Source: Camelus dromedarius (Eukaryota). From it: a stretch of DNA of 64,000 nucleotides. Location of the stretch: contig NC_087436.1 in NCBI RefSeq assembly GCF_036321535.1, forward strand, positions 4,216,001-4,280,000, read 5' to 3'. Both the position numbers and the translations under genes were made by a program. Positions within the stretch are counted from its first letter, which is position 1. Every line of letters begins with the position of its first letter. This document shows positions 56,568 to 64,000 of the stretch, one piece after another. The notes beneath the pieces were generated by a model. That model saw only the letters and a program-made list of their open reading frames with translations, searched no databases and was not told the origin of the DNA.

Positions 56568-58510
56568 CTTACTAAAGTGGGTAGAGATGGAACATATCTC
56601 AACATAATAAAAGCTATTTATGACAAACCTACAGCCAGCATAACACTCCTCAGCAAAAAGCTGAAAGTCTTTCCACTAAAATTGGGAACAAGACAAGGAT
56701 GGCCTCTCTCATCACTTCTATTCAACATAGAAAGTAGTGGAAGTCCTAGCCACAACAATTAGACAACAGAAGGAAATATAAAGGGATCTAAATTGGAAGA
56801 GAAGAGGTAACATTGTCATTATATGTGGATGACATGAAACTATATATAGAAAACCCTAAAGCCTCTGCATAAAAACAACTAGAGCTAATCGAACAACTCA
56901 GCCAGGCAGCAGAAGACAGTATCAACATACAGAAATCAGTGGCATTTCTTTACACGAAAGTAATAATCCCTTTTAAAACCGCATCCAAAAAATAAAATAC
57001 TTAGGAATACATCTGGCCCAGGAAGTGAAAGAATTCTATGTGGAGACCCACAAAACCCTGACTAAGGAAATGAAAGAGGACTTAAAGAAATGCAAAGACA
57101 TCCCGTGTTCTTGCACTGGAAGAATCCATAATGTCAAAATGGCCACGCTGCCCAAAGCGACCTACAGACTTAATGCTATCCCTATCACATTACCCAGGAC
57201 ATTTTTTCACAGAACTACAACAAACCATCCTAAAATTTATATGGAATCACAGAAGACCTGAAGTTACCAAAGCATTATTGAAGAAAAAGAACGAAGCTGG
57301 AGGAATAACCCTCCCAGGCTTCAGACAATACTACAGAGTTATAATCAAAACAGCACGTTATTGGTACAAAAACAGACATATGGGATCAATGGAACAGGAT
57401 AGATAGTCCAGAAATAAACCCACACACGTGTGGTCAATTAACCCATGATGAAGGAGGCAAGAACACACAGTGGAGGAAAGACAGTCTCTTCAATAAGTGG
57501 TGCTGGGAAAGCCAGACAGCTACCTGTAAAAGACTGACATTAGAACATTCTCCAACATCATGTACAAAAATAAACTCAAAATGGATTAAAGACCTCAATG
57601 TACAACCAGATACTGTAAAACTCCTAGGGGAAAACACAGGCAAAACACTCATGGACATACATTAATGCAGTGTATTTTTTAAACCAGCTCCTGGACTACT
57701 GGAAATAAAAGCAAAAATAAGCAAGTGGGATCTAATTAAACTCAGACTTCTGCACAACTAAGGATACCATTCACGAAACGAAAAGACAACCTACAGAATG
57801 GGAGAAAACCTTTGCAAATGATGTGACTGACAGGAGACCAATTTTCAAAACATACAAACAGCTCATACACCTTCATAGCAAAGAAACAAGCAACCCAATC
57901 CAAAAATGGGCAGAAGACCTAAACAAACAATTCGCCACAGAAGACATTCAAATGGCCAATAGGGCACATGAAAAAAAATGCTCAGCATCACTCATTGTCA
58001 GAGAAATGCAGATCAAAACTACAATGCGATATCACCTTACACCAGCCAGAATGGCCACCATTGAGAAGTCTACAAGTGACAGATGCTGAAGAGGGGGTGG
58101 AGAAAAGGGAACCCTTCGACATTGTGGGTGTGAGTGTAGATTGGTGCAGCCACGTTGGAGGACAGTATGGAGGTTCCTTAAAAAAATGAAAACAGACCTA
58201 TCACATTATCCAGCAATCCCACTCCTGGGAACATATCCAGAGAAAAATAAAATTCAATAACACACATGCACCCCAATGTTCACAGCAGCACTATTTACAA
58301 CAGCCAAGACATGGAAACAACCCAAATGTCCATCGACAGATGCCTAGATAAAGAAACCATGGTACATATATACAATGGAACACTACTCAGCCATAAAACC
58401 ATGCCACTTGCAGCAACATGGATGGACCTGAAGACTGTCATTCTAAGTGAAGTGGGCTGGAAAGAGAAAGAAAAATGCCATATGTTATTATTTATATGAG
58501 GAATCAAAAC
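56568..58510 (+). mobile_element. L1 3' half, copy A of the composite unit
   Basis: ORF2 peptides [37 protein letters not shown].., [13 protein letters not shown]; many disablements. Confidence 0.93.
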
Positions 58511-58839
58511 AATTATAACAATAATAATAAGGCTATAAATAGACTAGTTTTCATTTTGATTTCTTCAATATGTGTAAGCACATCTGACTGTCCTTTATGA
58601 TCGTATTACCATATTCTGTTGATTCTTATTTTGCAGTTGGCTTTAGTCCTTTGATAAATATGCAAGTTGAAAAACCTAATCTCTTCTTAGAAATGGTAAG
58701 TAGTACATTTATGTAAACTAAAAAAAAAAAGTGCAGTATACTGTATATACATATCTATATGCAATATAACATTTATGTGCAGTTGCACTGTAATAATTCT
58801 ACCTAATAAAACTGGAAAAGTTGGGGGGGTGGTGAGGGA

Positions 58840-59670
58840 ACAGACATACGGATCAAGGGAACAGAATATAGGGTCCAGAGAGAAAACCCACAAACTTCTG
58901 GTCAATTCATCTTCGATAAACAAGGCAGGAACAACATAGAGTGGAGTAAAGACAGTCTCTTCAGCAAATGACACAGGGGAAACGGGACAGCTGCATGGAA
59001 ATCAGTGAAATTAGAAGACTCCCTCACACCGTGCACAAAAATAAATTCAAAATCGCTTTAGGACTTAAACATAAGACAAGACATTACACGCCTCTTTCAA
59101 GAACACATACGCAAAACATCTGACACACACGTCAGCAACACTCTCCTAGGGCAGTCCACCCCAGCAAACAGACATGAAGGCACAGATACACAAACCAATG
59201 GGACCAAACTGAATTCATCAGCTTTTGCACAGCAAAGGAAACCATAAGCAACACAAAAGGACAACCTATGAGATGGGAGAAAATATTCGCAAAAGATGAG
59301 ACTGACAAGGGGTTAATTTCCAGAATATATAAACAGCTCATACAACTGAATAACCAAACATCAACCCAATCCAAAAATGGTCAGAACTAAACACACCTTT
59401 CTCCAGTGAAGACATACAAATGGTCAACAGGCATATGAAAAAAAATCCTCAGTATCACTAATTATCAGAGAAATGCAAATCAAAACTACAACGAAGTACA
59501 TCACCTCGCACCAGTCAGAAAGGCCGTCATTCAAAAGTCCACAAAGGAGAAATGCTGGAGAGGCTGCGGAGAAAAGGAAGCCTCTGACACTGCTGCTGGG
59601 AATGCAGTTTGGTGCAGCCATTGTGGGAAACAGTAGGGGCATTACTCAAAAGACTAAAAATAGACTTCTC
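58840..59670 (+). mobile_element. L1 ORF2 3' fragment
   Basis: agacagtctcttcagcaaatg..MQIKTTTKYITSHQ..; ends at actaaaaatagactt. Confidence 0.9.
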
Positions 59671-61109
59671 AAAAGCTTTTGATCTCTGTGGCAGGGTGAC
59701 CAGCTCCCAAAGGCCCAGGCCTCACCCCTTATTCTGCCTCAGGTCAACTGTGACACAGAAGGTCCAGGGTGGCCTCCACCGGCCAGGCTTGTCCACCTAC
59801 ACAGGAAGGCCACAACCTGAGGGCCAGTGGGAGGTGCTCCCTGGCTGTCCAGCTGCCTCCCACCTCCAGAAGTTGCACCCGCTTTCCCAAACCCGGGTAT
59901 AAGCGGCAGCAAAGACTACTAATGAGGGGGCTGGGGCACCACGAACCAGGGCGGGGGACCGGACCCGCCTCAGGGTCCTAACAGGACATGCGGCCTGGAT
60001 CTCACCCACACACCCCTCCCTGTGTGCCTCCCCAGCTGCACAGCCCAGGCCTCACCCGTAGGCTCCCTGACCTGCACGCCCCCACCAGCGCCCCCTTACC
60101 TGCCGGGTGAAGGCAGCAGAGGCCACAGAGGCGGCCCAGATCCGAGGCCGTGTTCCTCCACGGGTAGCTGGTCCAGGAGAACAGGGCTCCTGCCCAGTTT
60201 CCACTGCTCTGGGCGGGCTCAGACATCCAGGCTTGCATGCCTGCCCCGCCTCGCCTCTGCTGGACCACAGAGGGGAAGCTCAGGCTGGGGTTCCTGCAGT
60301 GTGGGACAAGGAGAGTGGGGCTGGGTGGGGCCGGGTGGGGAGGGCTGGTGGGGAGGGCCGAACCTGCGGCCCGCCCCTCCAGGTCCCCAGCCCCAACGCC
60401 CCCACCCTGCCACCGACTGGGTCCTGATACTCAACCAGTACCACCACGGGCCCTGGACCAGGCCACACCCCCAGCCGCACCCCCTGCTTGCAGTGCCCCA
60501 CCCAGTGACTGCCTCCTCACCTCTGGCCAGGCCTGGTCCCTGACCTGGACCCCCAAGACAAAGCTCCTTCTCCTTACACTGAGGTCCCTGCCCTCACACT
60601 CCCCACACACCAAACTGACCCCTCATGCCCCACCCGGGGTCCCCTCCACCATCTCAAGATGGTCCCCCTCACCTTTCACCCTGGGACTACCGCCCACCCC
60701 TCAGTGGGGTCCCCTCACTCCCAGCAGCCCTTCACCCCTCAGCCTTTCCCCCCTCGCCCCGAGTGCACCCCTAACCCAAGCTGACCCTCTCACCCCTCAC
60801 CCCGCGCGGGCAGGGCAGTCCAGCTCCAATCACCATGGTGACAGCCACCAAACAAGGATCCTGAGCGTGTGCGGGGTGCGCAGTCAGCTGTCCCAGGCTC
60901 AGGGCGCGGGCAGGCGGGGCTGGAGGCAGCTGCAATTCCTCAGCTTGCAAAGCACTTCTCCCTGTCAGCCTGCTCCTGAGAGGCAGGCGCGGGGCGGTTT
61001 AGGGGACTTGGCAGTGGCAACAGCAGGATTGGGGCTGCCACACGCTATAGTAGGTATCTGCTCCCATTTCTCACGTCACCGCTGCAGCCCCCAAACACTG
61101 AATGCACAG

Positions 61110-61650
61110 TGCCCGCCCCTCAGGAGCAGCATGACCTGAGGACAAGCCTCCAGGGAACCTGGGGCAGCAGAGGCCACCACCAGGCCAGGCCCCTGGGAAG
61201 ATGGGAGCAAACCCACAGGGAGGCACAGGGCAGCCCCCTTCTCCCGCCACCGAAGCTGCCTCCTCTCAGTCTTCCTCGCTCCCTAACCAAACTTCACAGG
61301 CCTCCAGAGAGCAGGCTGACCTACACATGTGAGTCCTGCAAACCTGGGGCAGCAGAGGCTGCCCCTAGGCCAGGCCACAGGGGAGATGGCACTAAATCCA
61401 AGGGCTTGCAGGGGGAAGCCACCCTCCCACCACCCCCGTCCCCTGACCACAGCATGTCAGCCTCCTAGGAGGTGACTGACCTAAAGACAAGGGTCCAGTG
61501 AACCTGGGGCAGCAGAGGCAGCTCCCAGCCCCGGCCACAGGGGAGATGGGAGCAAATGACTGGCTCCCGAGGGGCAGCCCCTCTCCTCCCACTGCCGCCG
61601 TTACCTCTGCTACCATTATCCTAGCCCCCTGAACGCACTGAGCCCGTGGT
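61110..61650 (+). repeat. Three GC-rich monomers (same family as 56237-56567)
   Basis: Cores ACCTGGGGCAGCAGAGGC at 61157, 61342 and 61502 (spacing 185 and 160 bp). Confidence 0.85.
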
Positions 61651-63778
61651 CTTACCAAAGTGGGTATACAGGAAACATATCTCAACATAATAAAACCTAT
61701 TTATAATAAACCCACAGCCAGCATAATACTCTACCAAAATACTCTGCCAAGAAAAGCTGAAAACCTTGCCACTAAAATCTGGAACAAGACAAAGATGCCC
61801 ACTCTCACTACTTCTATTCAATGTAGTATTGGAAGTCCTAGCCAGAGCAATAAGACAACAACAAGAACAACAACAAAAAAGAAATAAAAGGGATCTAAAT
61901 TGGAAGAGAAGAGGTAAAACTGTCATATGTGTGGATGACATGATACTATATATAGAAAACCCTAAAGGCTCCAAACAAAAACGACTAGAGCTAATAAAAC
62001 AATTCAGCAAGGTAGCAGGACACAACATCAACATACAGAGACCAGTGACATTCCTTACACGAAAGAAATAATTCCTTTTAAAACTGCATTCAAAAAAAAT
62101 AAAATACTTAGGAATAAATCTGGCCCAGGAAGTGAAAGACATAGGCAGAGACCTACAAACCACTAACTAAGGAAATTAAAGAAGACCTAAAGAAATGGAA
62201 AGCTACCCCATGTTCTTGCACTGGAAAAATTAATATGGTTAAAACGGCCATACTACCCGAAGCATTCTACAGATTTAATGTGATCCCTATCAAACCACCC
62301 AGGACATTTTTCACAGAATTAGAACAAATCATCCTAAAATTTATATGGATCACAAAAGACCCAGAATTACCAAAGCATAACTGAAGAAAAAGAATAAAGC
62401 TGGAGGAATAACCCTCCCAGACTTCAACAACACTACACAGCTACAAACAGAACAGCATGTACTGCTACAAAAACAGACCTACAGGATCCATGGAACAGAA
62501 TAGAGAGCCCAGAAGTAAACCCACAAACTTCTGGTCAATTAGTCTTTGACGAAGGAAGCAAGAATATACAATGGAGTAAAGACAGTCTCTTCAGCAAATG
62601 GTGTAGGGAAAACTGGACAGCTGCATGTAAGTCAATGAAGTTAGACTACTTCCTCCCACCTTACACAGAAATAAATTCAAAATGGCTTAAATACTTAAAC
62701 ATGTAGACAACACTATAAACCTCTTAGAAGAAAACAAAGGCAAAACATTATCTCACATACTTCTCAGTAATCTTCTCCTAGGGCAGTCTACTCAAGCAAC
62801 AGAAACAAAAGCACAAATAAACAAACAAATGGGACCTAACTGAGCTTATTTACAAGCTTTTGCACAGCAAAGGAAACCATAAGCAAAACAAAACGACAAA
62901 CTACAGAATGGGAGAAAACATTTGTAAATGATTCAACTGACAAAGACTTAATTTCCAGATTATATAATCAGCTCATAAAGCTTAATAACAAAAAACAAAG
63001 AATCCAATCCAACAATGGGCAGAAGATCTAAATAAGCATTTCTCCAATGAAGACATACGAATGACCAATAGGCACATGAAAAAATGCTCAGTATCACTAA
63101 TTATCAGAGAAATGCAAATCAAAACTACAATGAGGTATCTCCTCACATCAGTCAGAATGTCCATCACTTAAAAGTTCATGAAGATAAATGCTGGAGAGGG
63201 TGTGGAGAAAAGGGAACCCTCTTACACTGCTGGTGGGAATGTAGTTTGGTGTAGCCATTATGGGAAACAGTATGGTAATTCTTCAAAAAACTAAAAATAG
63301 ACTTACCCTATGATCCAGCAATTCCATTTCTGCTATATATCCAGAGGGAACTCAAATACAAAAAGATACCTGCACCACCATATACAATAGCCAAGACATG
63401 GAAGCAAGTTAACTGAATTTTCAGCAACAGATGACTGGATATAGATGTGGTATATTTATCCAATGGAATACTGCTCTGCCATAAAAAAGGATAAAATAAT
63501 GCCATTTGCAGCAACATGGTTTGACCTAGAGATCATCATTCTAAGTGAAGTGAGCCAGAAACAGAAAGAAAAATACTGTATGGTATCAGTTGTATGTGCA
63601 ATCTAAAAAAAAGACACTATGAACTCACCTACAAAACAGAAGCAGAGTTGCAGAGTTAGTAAACAATCTTACAGTTACCAGGGAAAGGGGTGGGGGGAGG
63701 ATAAATGTGGAAGTTTGAGATTTACAAATGTTAGTCACAGAAACCTACGTTCAGTATCTGATAATAACCTCTAATGGA
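61651..63778 (+). mobile_element. L1 3' half, copy B of the composite unit
   Basis: TYLNIIKPIYNKPTA, GTRQRCPLSLLLFNVVLEVLARAIRQ, DDMILYIENPK; continues into the 3' UTR and stops before a polyA tail. Confidence 0.93.
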
Positions 63779-63889
63779 AAAGCCACTACAGCCACCAACT
63801 GAGGAAGCAAGAGAAGAAAGGTAAGTGAGCTATCCTGGGCTATAGCCCAGTACTCCTAAAGTCCTGGGCCCGCTGCTGCACTGCCCCCC

Positions 63890-64000
63890 GACCACACGGC
63901 GCCCTCCTCCCAGGAGCAGATTGACGTGAAGATATGCGTCCTGCCAACCTGCGGCAGCACAGCCCGCCCCCAGGAGAGATGGGAGCAAGTCCACCTGCCC
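63890..64000 (+). repeat. Further diverged GC-rich monomer running off the window
   Basis: ccaggagcagattgacgtgaaga..cctgccaACCTGcGGCAGCAcAG..gagatgggagcaag; core at 63947. Confidence 0.75.

Noticed and set aside
60237..61139. 300-aa plus-strand ORF
   Set aside because: Low-complexity C-rich sequence with no recognisable domain.
56258..63965. Recurring 17-bp core with variable intervening sequence, superficially CRISPR-like
   Set aside because: Eukaryotic DNA, intervening segments are homologous to each other and 140-170 bp long, and there are no cas genes.

Overview
Mammalian genomic DNA, most likely camelid (Vic-1-type tRNA SINE and matching L1 3' ends; recognised from memory, not by search). 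The window is a mosaic. (i) 1-15.9 kb is AT-rich and carries a TSD-flanked, tail-less RHBDD3 retrocopy. (ii) An orphan, frameshifted NUTM2-family terminal exon keeps its splice acceptor and polyA signal (16.3-17.3 kb). (iii) A CpG island at 26.8-27.8 kb is a genomic copy of the MAPK1/ERK2 promoter, exon 1 and intron 1 start, with degenerate coding sequence but intact promoter motifs, internal ATG and splice donor. A 5'-truncated RALGAPB retrocopy abuts it. (iv) An apparently intact five-exon, 385-aa PRSS47-like serine protease lies on the minus strand (36.3-46.7 kb), with a 5'-inverted L1 about 150 bp upstream of its ATG. (v) The L1-dense right end holds two diverged copies of a composite unit (GC-rich 160-185 bp monomers fused at the same point to an L1 3' half with a shared deletion), and a further monomer starts at the window edge. 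Most entries in the ORF track are spurious.
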